From Balanoglossus misakiensis (taxonomy: Eukaryota > Animalia > Hemichordata): a stretch of DNA of 64,000 nucleotides. The position numbers were made by a program, and so were the translations under genes. A model generated the notes under the pieces. The model had not been told where the DNA came from, did not search any database, and was given only the letters and a program-made list of their open reading frames with translations. The stretch is from contig CM082585.2 in assembly GCA_040954595.2 (NCBI GenBank), forward strand, positions 7,217,808 to 7,281,807, written 5' to 3'. Positions 23,201 to 35,281 of this stretch are shown here, piece after piece. The stretch's first letter is position 1; each line of letters starts with the position of its first letter.

Positions 23201-25859
23201 CAAGATCTCCCAAATCTCGTGCGCGAACGACATCCACTCGTTGGTTACGAGGTCGGATGAGGGCGTGTGCATTTCGTGCCCGGTGAGGTAAAGTTTCAAT
23301 GCATTGGCCACGTGTCCGCCATCGACATTGATGATGTCAATCTCCGGGGCATCTTTATGAAGACTCGAGGGTTCCTCGGCCTTGTTGCTGTATCTCTTCA
23401 CTTGAGCACAGTAATTCTCGTAAGACGTTTTGTCCTTACTCTGCAAAAAAGCAGAAAATAAATAATGAAACATTTTATTCATCAAAACACAACGATTCTG
23501 ACGTCATTTTATTTCTCTTTCACCCTTTGACAACGTATGCAAAGTTGAATAAAATTCTCGCCCCTGATGTAAACTGTGTGGAGTGTGTAAATTGTTGGCA
23601 TAGTTAATATTCTCTTGAAGACGGCTTTGTGATATCCATAAAAATATAAGAGTATTGTATTTAAATTCTTTCTCCGAAATTTCCTCTGAAATCAACTCAG
23701 ACACTGATATTGTCAAGGTTTAGACGAAACAACACAGGATCGGGTACAATGACCTATAAACCCATTTAGTTCAACTTGCCATGATTTAACGTGAACGCTG
23801 TGATGGCATATATTGGCAACCACAACAGAAAAGGTCATCTTCGGGTCATTGATATTTCTCAGTTGCAGTGACCATACTATGCAGTGACAAGTCCTGGAGT
23901 GTTTACAAAGCTAACGGTCGTACTGTTAATGATTAAGCTACGTCTGAGAGCCTGGCTAAAGTATGAACATTAGCCAGTGTCTGTCTGCGACGAAAAAAAT
24001 AAACACACTAGAAACGGCTTGGGATGGAATGTGATTGAATATATTTGTTTCGAAAGCACTAATTCAAAAAAAAAGTTTTCGTTGCATGTAATTATTGTCA
24101 GGGAAGATCACAACTTTAATTTGACACGTTGATTCAGTTGCCTTTTCTTCAAATGTACCTTTCTTTTATCACTTATCTAATGTACCAGAAGTTGGTATGT
24201 TTGTAACGCCTGTATAGTTTCCAATCGTCGGTTATTCTACGCTGCCAAACGCCCACGTATAAATACCATTAGCATGACCGCGTCGGGACACCAATAAATT
24301 ATATTTTCCTTACATGGCAGTCCTTTATATAAAATATTAATTTATTGCTGGTCAGTGCAATATAACAAAACATATTGATCACAATAACATTCCGCAAATC
24401 ATAGGGTAGGCCTACTATATTTAATTTCCGTTAAAATAATGGTATATGTTTCTCAATGGAACAGTTTGTGTGTACCAATATCGCGGTTCGAAACATTACT
24501 AGCTTTTGACGAATTTGTTTTGCGGGGTTGGTCACATCTGATGTTCACAACAGGAACACCGACTTTCGACGTTTCAACCGAAAAGTTTACGGCCTACAAA
24601 TTTAGAAAGGAGCTATTTTAGAATTATCGTTCAAATGCGTTCAACCTAACCATGTGTCCTGGACGGAAATTGGAATAGACGGTAAAATAATACAAGAGGA
24701 TGCGAGATTCTGATTAGATCGGATTAAGAAGAGCACTCGTCAACGTCGACACACCTATTGGTGCGAGGTCGCAACTATCACGGCTTCTGTGTTTATTTTT
24801 TAATGCGTAACGGTTATTGTTGGCCAGGAAGTTCGAGTCAACTTGGACGCAAACAGACTCGTAATACCACAACATTCCTTGTCATGATATACGTGAATAT
24901 TTGCACGTCGATATAATTTCCCAACAACTTCTTCAACTTGTAACATTTAAAAACTTGTATTTAGTGGGGATTTGGTAATATTTTTATATGTAGTCATTTT
25001 CAAGTTTTAGGTCAATGTGGAAAACTAAGAAATCTGAAATTAGTAAATGATATTTTCGGGGTGCTGGTGGTTTGGGTGATTTGAAACACAGCCATGAGGT
25101 ACAGTGTGGGCCAATATTCTTATTCACACATGCTGTGAGCTCTCTGCTAATAATTAAAATAATGTTGACGGTTTCATAAGACATACGTGCTGTCACGTAA
25201 ACATGCAGCTCAGAAAAAAAACACCGAGTCGGTCCCGGTCAGGCTTATACCGGAATGATGAATAGCCCATGCGTGTGACATTAATCCTCAACGTTGATCT
25301 GACGAAGCGCAAAAAATGGGGTTCGTCATACCAAAATGGCGGCCTGAGTGTAACCGAAAATTTGCAAATTGTCTGAAATACTAGTAATCAGATATTTTTT
25401 TCCCACCCAGGTGCCCATACTTAACCAATATATCGAGAATAGTCAACTTAATATGATAGTGTGGATATCTGAACTTTGAGCAGGCCATAACCGGTTTGTG
25501 AGCATGTATGTATGTGTGATTTTCAAAATCATACAAAGTCGGGGACTTGTACACTTCATGCATTAGCCGTTATGGGATTTCACAGTTCAAAATACTGGAA
25601 GTCGGCCATCTTTTGTTTGCCTATCCTAACCTGACGACTTTTATGACTTATAGAAAGGAACGGTGGTCCGTTTTTGCCGCGCCGCCACCCTCTGCCACAT
25701 CACACAAGCAACGCAATACTACAAAAACATCAACCGACAAAGAAAAGTCGAGAGGGTAAACATGGTAACACTTACGTAGTCGCAGTATTTTCTCATCAAA
25801 CAGATCGCCATATTTCCGTTGGATGCAATGATCTCGTGGTCCTTGTCGTTCTCCGTCAT
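17288..25859 (-). CDS. Uncharacterised ~2078-aa protein: globular N-terminal domain (possible inactive PD-(D/E)XK fold) plus ~1800-aa disordered tail; 2 coding exons
   Basis: Exon 1 25859-25776 (caaaATG; MTENDKDHEIIASNGNMAICLMRKYCDY|gtaagt) joins in phase 0 to exon 2 23440-17288 (ttttttgcag|SKDKTSYENY...ELRNTSL*), a 6153-nt stop-free frame. Confidence 0.85.
20993..21364 (-). repeat. Four tandem 31-aa (93-bp) coding repeats
   Basis: EKEDIHVISMPCETIQTETDEGQETVEMYIM / EKEDALVFSMTDECVQIERDDGHETVEGYIA / EKEDILVFSMPHEFMKTQRNDGQLTTEMYLE / EKEDVVAFSMPNESIQTERDEGQETMEMYIE. Confidence 0.9.
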
Positions 25860-26779
25860 TTTGTACCGAGGCAGGTGTCAAGTTCCACCCGCGCGGAGGT
25901 CAGTCCATCGGCGATGTCGTCTACGAAGCCAGAAGTACGGTCCACTCCGGGAGGTGGGTTAACAGTTACCCGTGGTACTTCGCTGCAATATTTCACTCGG
26001 TACATAGTTCAAAATGCGGGCTTCAGCTATTTGTTTGCTTAGTGACGTTTATCTCTCTTAATCGCAGCTAGTCCCAAATATACAGTAAACGTCTTAACGT
26101 GTTTCCGTTGACCGTTATTTCGTTCCCCTCATCGCACCGACGTGTTTAATATCCTTCATCGATCCCTCTCTCCAACAACAGGTGGTTGCGGATCCTCGCT
26201 TAACGCAACGCGGTGGCACAGAAAATTCGCGCAGTAAAAAAAATCACCGACGCAGCTAACTGTATGATAATAGCTTAGTAAGTCAGTAGAGCTCCCAACC
26301 TGGTACTGCAAGTAATGAGTTACTAATCTGGTTAAACATTAACCAGAATTTATACCGGTGTATGAGTAAAACACGGTAAGTCGGTTGTGCAACAGTTGCT
26401 ACCCCACCACGACGGCCACTTGAGGGCGTGACTATAACAGGACAACCTGGAGTACAATGTTGAAATAACGGTCACGCGAAGTGGCACTGGCAATGTTGGG
26501 CAAGCTAAAAATGTCAAAAGATTATCAACGCTGCTCGTGACTAAATAGTATTTTATCGAGCTTAGTAATTCTAATCCTAAGTCTTTCCTTGGCGAGAAAT
26601 CATCTAGAAGTCACCAGAAAAGATTCTTGAAGGTATATCCGAGTCTTCAGTCTGACGGAATATTGACATCTTCGTCAGCTAACAATTCTAAGAAGGATAA
26701 TGTCAATCATAATTTGTAAAACAAACAGATGTCTAGAAACAGGGGCGCATGGTGTGAAGCAGAAATTACTGTTTCGTAA

Positions 26780-29700
26780 TTACGTATTTCGTAAAGCAGT
26801 GGTCTGAGTGGTTGTCGAGCGGTCTTTCGTAGTTGGGTGGTGATAGCCCGCCAGTCGTGACCGAGGAGTACGCCCCTGTCCACATGAGAATATCTGCTTG
26901 ACGTAGTGACGGTACCGCTTCCCAAGGAACGCGTACAGAGCGGGGTTCATCGTGGAATTGAAGTAGGCGAGGTACAGAGCATACGTGTTCAGTTTTATCA
27001 GGAAAGCGTAATCGTTGGTATCGGCGAGCATCATGTAAAGCCGCACTGCGTGCAGCGGTCCCCAGCAGACGGCGAAGAAGACGACTATCACCATCACCAT
27101 GACCGTAACGCGCAGATCGCGGCGGTCCGGGGCCGCGCGGTCGGGGAGGCGGGAACTCTCCCGGCGAAAGCTGCAGGTTCGGTCGTTGCATCGCCCACCC
27201 GCACCCTTCGGGCGTAGCGCAACCTCCTCGCTGGCGGCGCCACTCGAGTTCATCCTCATCATGTCCGCCGGCACTTTCATGGTGCAAATTTGAATCGCTA
27301 TGCACACGTTACAGGCACCGATGACGGCCAGGGGAACGGCGTACATAACGAGCACCTCGTAGACAGTGTATATGGCGAGCTGTGTGCTGTTGTCGAACAA
27401 AGAGGTGCAGATCGCCGAAGACGTTGACGGGTCGACCACCACTACACCAATGAACACTACCAGCGGCAAGTGCAATAAACATGAACCTGGAAATATAAAG
27501 GCCATTTTAATATATAGTCAAACCTGTAATTGTACATGAACCTTTAATATATAACAACAACAATAGTTGACGTGAGTTTTCTAGCTATTCTCAATGTAAT
27601 CCTATGGGGAAAGACGAATGCGCACACATTTGCGCAGTTTACAAGTTCTCGTTCTGCTGCGCGTACATCCTATGGCCACTTGTAAAGAGAACATGGACAC
27701 TGATTTATAAGATGCATAGAAAAATTAATAGAGGTCAACAAAGGAGATCAAAAGGAGCCTTGTTGCAGTGTGTGGAGGTATCTTCGAATCTACCTTGCGA
27801 TAAATATTAAAAAAAACAAATTGAAGAACGCAAATGCCTGAGACATTAAGTATTGTGTACATGGACATGAATCATTGGAACTGACATGTACCCACTTACA
27901 TTGTATTGTGTTCATAGAAAGAGAATAATGGAATTTCGAAAGAAAAATATCAAAGGGAATATGCGGGCGGCTTGGGTGTCTCTCTTTCCAACTTTTCAAT
28001 ATAGTAAGAATATCAAAATATAGATATGAAACGATTCCTTATTTATGGCCATTCTTTATTATTAAAATCTTATCTATTTATTTATTGCGTTTTTTATGAT
28101 TACATGTACATTCTAATCTATTGAAACTACCTAACAGAAAGAATTTACTCGTTGACCTTATTCTGAACGACGATTCTGTTGTCACGTAATCACTTTCAGA
28201 AAGTACTTTCAAGGCATCAAGATAGGTGGTTTCGTTTTTTCACTATTCTAGTATAAAAAAGTGCATCTGTTTTGAATTAAACTGCGAACTACCAGCTTTC
28301 CATCTTTATAGAGGGGCCGTGAGTATTTTCGCTATGTGTTTCCATATGGCGGCGACGAGGCGTGGTCTGTTGCAGATGAGGCGAATGTATGTTGTTCCTA
28401 AACCTGTTTCAGATATTTTCCCCCTATTTCTATTTTAGAAATATAAATGCATATGTTGTTTTCTACAGTTCCAGAAAGACACAGACCGAGTGAGGCAACC
28501 TAAAATACACTTTCAATGGATGACTGAATAAACGGGAGTAAAAATCGTTCTATCTGCCCTAAATTAAACAAGTGTTTGAATGGTATTGAATGAGGAATGA
28601 ATAATTCTGTGTGGACGGTTGAGAAACATGTATCACATGTCAAAATCAAGATCATGGCCAGCATCGACATTATTCATGTGACAAGTTTATCTACAGGGGA
28701 TTCCTGAATTCATTGTCACGATCGATTCTTGGATGAATAATTGACGAGATTGTGGCCTAATAAAAGACTCTAGTGTCCTGATTTCTTTAAACATGGCCTA
28801 TGTATGTATCTATATAAGTAGGTACAGCAGTTATAATGCATGTGTATATTAAGTTGTCTGTGTGTGAAATTGTATTAGTTCACACAGTGCTCAACACAGG
28901 TTTGTTGTTTGGTCTAGTTAAAACCACTTTCCAAAATATTCCTTTTCGGACACAAACCCACAAAAACTTACCGATCCAAATAAACGACAGCGTGATCCAA
29001 ATTGTTCTCTTACTCCTGCGTGCGCGTGACGTCAGCGGATTGGAGATGACCATGCATCTGTCGACTGTCATGGCGGTGAATGTCCCCACCGTGGCTTGAA
29101 CCGACACCTGACAGGTCAAGAAAACAGGGGAGATCACCGTCTTGTTTTCATAAAAATCGATTCTTTGATTTTCCTCCATATGTAGAGATAACACAGAGAT
29201 TGGCGGCCATTTTGAATTTCAAATTTGAGAAAATCTTGTGCTCCCATTCAAAATATTTGCACAAGTGACCTCAGTTGTTAATGTTAAGAGAGAATAATCT
29301 TAAGTTGTCTTGAGCAAACTATAAGAGAGTTTTTGAGGCACGCACTTTAATATCTGAAAGTGAATCGATAGTTTGACATGTGTTGCTACTATGCGCACAT
29401 ATAGTGCCGTAGGTGGAATGCTTATCATACGCAAAAGCTTATCTGTGTTCGTAGAAGACATTAATACTTGAACACTTTTCACGGTGAAAACCTTTCATAA
29501 AATTTACAGTCATGTGAATACTTACGCTTTGCATGTAGACAACGAAACGACACATGAAATCACCCAGTGTCCACGCTCCGCCGTTGGCGAACGTGATAGC
29601 GGTCGGGACGGCACACACCACGAAAAAACAGATGTCGGTCTTGGCCAAGTTGGACACGAAGAGGTTATTGGCGGTCTGCATTTCCCGGTACTTGAACACG

Positions 29701-29840
29701 ATGAGCACAACCAGCGAATTGCCGAATATCCCAGCGACCGCCAGGAGACCGATGACGCACACCGCTACAGGATCCGTAAGGTCGTAAATGTACGTTGCGT
29801 TGAAACCCGGCTCGGTGAAATTCTTCCACGTCGGTTTCAT
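26780..29840 (-). CDS. Class A neuropeptide GPCR, kisspeptin receptor (GPR54)/galanin-receptor-like, ~385 aa; 3 coding exons
   Basis: Exons 29840-29526, 29107-28972, 27486-26780 (1158 nt in frame). Motifs: TM1 GIFGNSLV, TM2 NLAKTD, WTLGDFMC, TM3 VSVQATVGTFTAMTVDRC, TM5 YAVPL, TM6 FAVCWGP, TM7 NSTMNPALY. Confidence 0.85.
29140..29290. repeat. Probable interspersed DNA repeat fragment in GPCR intron 1
   Basis: Contains ggcggccattttgaatttcaaa, similar to 4090-4112. Confidence 0.3.
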
Positions 29841-31661
29841 TTTGAAATGGAGCAGAAATGTCCTCGCCGACAGGTTGAAGAGAAAACAATTGAATACTCG
29901 CACGGTCGGCTTGTTTGATGAAAGCGAAGCGACGAATCAAACTTAAGTTGTCTGCAGTGCGCCCCCTGGTACACGCAATTCACGGGGGTGCGCACACGTA
30001 CACGGCACCTGTTGCTTCGTTGTTACACCGCCCCAGCAGGTGAATCTAACAGGGCCCTTTATCCATCTTTCATCTGAAGCAAACCAGCTGGGCGTGGGGC
30101 GATGTTGATTTGGATATGAGGGATGTTAAAATTGCGTTCTTTGAAAACACCCAGAAATGATCGCCCACTGCTAACAACAAAGTCATAAGTTCAAACCGAT
30201 TCGCGTTGGCGATTTTTACAAATGAATGGCCATTAACGCGTTGGGGGCGAGATAATCATACATAATTTATCCTCAGACTTGCCTCGCAACACGTCAGGGA
30301 TAGTATATCAGCCGTACAGATTTACGGTGTCGCGTTGACGACAGTTTTCCGAGAAACCATATCGGTTCAGGCTATTTAATATTCCCCCATTTTGGCAGTG
30401 CGCGACATACAGTGTGAAACAGTTAAAGGCAGTTGATGGGCGCAGGCAGACTTTGTCGAGTCAAGCGAACACTTGGTTGCAGAAATGACGTGTTCAATCA
30501 AACTGACTAAGAGTTTTATAGTCTGCGCTGTGCGTCACACCTCTTTGACACTGTTTACCAGAGACACGGAGCTCCCGTGGTACCTCCATTCTAGGAACAC
30601 AACCATGATATCTTTCTGAACTACCACCGATGGCGCTATTTTGTTTCACGCTGAAAATATGTATTCTCATTTAAAGAGAGAATATATCTAAAGTTGCCTT
30701 CAGCACAATATTAATAGACAAAGTTTAAGACTTTGATTTCTTACTACCTTATATAGGAATTCTTAGCTCGGCAATGCCATTGCTTGACCTTGGAAGTTAA
30801 TTACAGGCCATTAGACTGACGGCCTCTTGCGAATGGAACGCAGATGTGGAATGATAATGTCTCATGATTTGGTGCATTGAAATTCATTGTATGTGGAAAT
30901 GTTCACTCGAAGATTTATCTCCACGATAGTAAACGTGTTGATGGTGAATTCTGTACATAACCCTTTTGTCTTGATTTGTTTACAGCCCTTTTTTCTTAAA
31001 TTGTTTGTACATGCCAAGACCTTGGCGTGTCAGAAGGATGGTGTGAAATCAAGAAATGCCATTTTGTCAGATAAACATTTTTTTTAGTAATTCCAGACCC
31101 CGGTTTTCGGACAGGCTTTATGCTGGGTCAAGGATAGACAACTTGAGATTGTTACTATCAAAGTTGCCCAGGAATGAGTTATCAAAAAAACTGCCATTAT
31201 GGCGTCTCGATATTCGACAATAAGCTAAAAGACGTTTTCCAGCAGTGTTCATGCAATACGAATGACCTGGCCTCGAACCGAGATTGGTTCTACCAAGTAA
31301 GGATTTTAAGATCGCCAGATCGCCTGAGTTCCTGTGACGTATTATTTGTTTACGAGCACTCAGATGACATCCTTGAGCAAAGTGCATTTCTGGGCGGGTC
31401 CGGTCCAAAAACGGTTGACATTGTCAGACTAGTACTTTTAGTCTCCTACTACGACACTGAAGAATCAGTTGTTGACTGCGTTTAAGGTAAGATGAATAGT
31501 GTAGAACCTACGGTGATTCTGATGACATCTTATCGAAATTGGGCCCCCCCCTCTCAAGTTTATCGTTTTTATTCGCAGAGTATGCGCTCAGATTTCTCAC
31601 TCTTCTTTGCCTCGGACTATTGGTGACGTCACGTGGACATTTTAGAAGCCTTTAACCGGGA

Positions 31662-33837
31662 ATGGAATGGTTTATTAACTTTTTGATATCACTCTTTACC
31701 AGCAATGGTATCGGTAAGTATCGTCGTTTTCATTCCATGATTTTTGTTGTTTATGGGATATTCTTGTGTCCGTACGTTCAGACTGCAGTTGTCGTACCAC
31801 AATTGAACATGGAATTAATCAAGAACAAATACTGTTCGTGTATAGTGTACGGTGATGGTGTTAAGGGGTTCCACTCATCAACTACACTGGCTAAATGTAA
31901 CCTTTTCCCGCGTATTGCTGTAATTTCACAGCTCAAAACTTTCAAGTGAATTTCTTGCTCTACACCGAATGGAACCAGACAGCTCCACACATCCTGGACA
32001 TACATAACGCGCCGAGTGTTTCGACGTCGAACTTCAACAGCAGTTTACCGGTCAAGTTAATCATTCACGGGTACAGAGAGACTGTCAACGACGATTGGAT
32101 TGTAAGGATGAAGGACGAACTGCTCATTTATGTAAGTACGGGATGAGAGGGGGGGGGGCATCCGCGGTTTATTTTCTGCTAAACGCTTACGCTCATAGAT
32201 GTGTACTAACCCTCACCAAAACAGGCGTTCAATCCGCTTCACGTGGAGAACGAGCAACTATGTAAGTTTTGCGAATAGCTTTCCTTGGGTTTTAAGACTC
32301 TCTTCAAAGTCATTCCGCTCGAGGTAAATGCACTATCCGGCCGGCCAACCTTGTTTCTGATGCACGAACGTTGTAAAGTGTCTTTCGATTTTCATTTCGC
32401 CGCGTTGTGTGTATTTACAACTGCTTCAAATGCGTTGAGATGGGATCAATTGTCAACACGTTTTTATTTTAACCCCCAGGCCCCGATGAACGTCATTCTC
32501 GTTGATTGGCAAGATGGCGCCGTCGGTTGGTACGCCACGTGCTCGGCAAACACACAGCCTCTCGGCGATACGATCTTCGGCTTGCTCAGTGGCCTTCGTG
32601 AGAACACTGGTCTGTCCTTCAGCGATGTGCACCTGATAGGGTTCAGTCTCGGCGCCCAAGCAGCTAGCTACGTTGGCAAACACAGTCACGATATCGGAAG
32701 AATATCTGGTACTGTAATGACGCGCATTGGCCACGTGACCTTTGGAGACATAAAACAACGCATGAATCTAATATGAACAAACCCCTTGTCGTTATTAAAA
32801 TCAAAACGGGTATTTATTTTGACTTTTATTTGCCATTTACACGATAGGTCTTGATCCAGCCGGCCCAGACTTTAGCGACAGAGACGCGAGCTCGCGGATC
32901 GATCCATCAGATGCGCAATTTGTTGACGTCATACACACAAACGGAGAACCTCTATGGGAAGGTGGTTTTGGCTATTACGAACCTGTAAGCTATATACATT
33001 TGTTTTTGTAAGCTATATACATTTGTTTTTGCACATGCGCAGTACAGGCGACCCTCACCCTGTAAAGCCGGTGCATACGAAACCCTAACAATGATTTAGT
33101 CTGTGAAAGTTACGTCAGATTCTTCTGGGATGACTGTGAGTAATCTAAGTGGTCCGGAGTTCGAACGAAATGAACCGAACCGGAGAAATTCAAATGTATA
33201 ATTGATTGAAGTTGATATGCAATACCAATGAATACTAGTATGTTTTTCTCGTCAGTGTGGCCACGTCGATTTTTATCCCAATGGTGGCAAACGTCAGCCT
33301 GGATGTTGGAACCAAGGAGGTGAGTTGTCTCGCTGCGTTAATCTACACAGCTATATACATTCGATATCCGAGCTACATGTACTCGCGTCACAATGCGAAT
33401 GATTAGATTACGCTATATATTGTTGACGATTGTCATGCTATGTATCAATGTCGTGCGACCAACAGGCTGGGAGAACGCTTGTTCCAGATGTTTGGGCAGA
33501 AAAGATTGGCGGCCGGTTATTGTTTGGCACAAGTAATCGCTAGCACAACGCATACATACGATTTTAACATGTTTCGTGAATTACAAAGAAAGGGATTTCA
33601 AAAGCGTGACTCCTTTCCTCAACAGAGTCGTGTCATCATATGCGAGCACCGGACTACTTCATCGAGTCTATCAACAGCAACTGTCCGTTTACGTCATACC
33701 AGTGCGCCCTCGACGACCACCCGTGCTCTTCCTGCGATGGAAACTGTGGCTTCATGGGTTTCCATGCCGACAAGAGTCAGGCGCACGGCGTCTTTTACAC
33801 CGAAACCAACTCCGAGAGTCCGTTTTGCCAAGACTGA
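31662..33837 (+). CDS. Lipase L1: pancreatic lipase family catalytic domain only, ~297 aa; 6 exons
   Basis: Exons 31662-31713, 31932-32131, 32480-32708, 32848-32984, 33256-33319, 33626-33837. Motifs [46 protein letters not shown]. Confidence 0.9.
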
Positions 33838-35281
33838 CAGGTTATATACGTGCAGACAGCAACCTTCACATTGACGCGGCCACTTTAGAGCCCAGAACCC
33901 CTGGTTTGACCTCAAACACGGGAGGTCAACGGCTACGTGTGTTCCGGTTGCAAGAACTCGTCTGCAACAGATAAACAGCGCGGATGCATCGCGCATCGTA
34001 CGATTCTCTTGTCTGGTGACAGGAACCTGCCGGATTCCGCCGGCTGATGAACATTTTATCTACACGGCGGTAACCTACATTGATAATTGTGAGAAAATAA
34101 ACTCGGGCTACAAGTGTTTTCCCAAATTACTGTCATCGCCGTCAACTGATACGGCGGTCTTATCATTACTTGTGTGAAATAGCAGATTGAACAAGACCAG
34201 TTTTCGATAATATTATTTAAATCAAATAGTACGTGCATATATGTAAGTAAGACGCAAGACGAATACAATTATTTATACCCAATGGGCACTAGTGTAGTTC
34301 ATCTTACATGGTTGTTTGATATAGCGTCATCAAAATGACGTAATATAATATAAGAATTTTCAAGGAGATTTGATTCCTGTCAGATATGCGTACACGAATA
34401 CGATCACCGCGCCACTTGCATACAAAAATAATATTGTGCTCGATAGTGTGTCTCATCATAAAGATCAATTAAAGCTATGATTTAACATAATATAATATAA
34501 AATTTCTATTCAATTATTTTTAAGATTTAAATAAAGTTAAGCCTAATTTAATAAATATCATTGTTCGGTTGTCTTTTTAACGCATTTCGGAACTACAACC
34601 TTGTATTTTGCAAACACGCCGCACAAACATAACTTCATGATTATTACAAAGAGATATTACACAGTACTTTCTGTTTAATGAGTGTTGGGCCAGCTTTCTC
34701 ACCACAGTGCAGTTCTGCAAAGATCAGCTTGAGTTTACAGTGTAGCCGAACACAAGACATTCCCGAAAAGGTCTTATAACGGGAATCGGGAACGCGGAAA
34801 ATAAAACAACACGGTCGTCTAGCACACGCATTGCGAATCTGACAGATTCGTAATGGGTGTTTCTCAACTTTGAAACAGTGGTCGACTTGTCTAAATTTAA
34901 ATGCCCTAGATTTGACCGTCAGCACAACATATTTTGTTTCCCATGACCATCGCATGTTTTAAAACACGCTCAGTGGTACGGGAAAGATAAAATTTGCATA
35001 AGATATGCCGGAGAGCGCCTATTTAACCTGCGTTTATCACCAAGGACATGCATTTGTACCTGGACTGGCTTCTGTTGTCGTTCTGCCATTTGTAAACAGG
35101 TAAGTTCTGTAGGTTTTTTATTTATTTTCTCTTTCCAATTATTTATGGCCGAAATGATGACACTGCACAAAAATCAACGTATATCGAGAAAATATCCATC
35201 ATCATCATCATCATGTCTAAAAAGAATTCGATCTAATAATTATTTTTTTGTCGCATAAATTTTACCCAGCTCCCACCAACC

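Noticed and set aside
17389-23461. Many + strand and alternative-frame ORFs overlapping the giant exon
   Set aside because: Shadow ORFs of a long low-complexity CDS, with no domain signal.
23441-23485. ORF-track start MMNKMFHYLFSAFLQ for the 2065-aa ORF
   Set aside because: This is the intron's pyrimidine-rich acceptor region; an in-phase upstream exon exists at 25859-25776.
30757-31296. In-frame TGA codons as selenocysteine
   Set aside because: A TAG is also in frame, no SECIS was recognised, and coding status itself is unproven.
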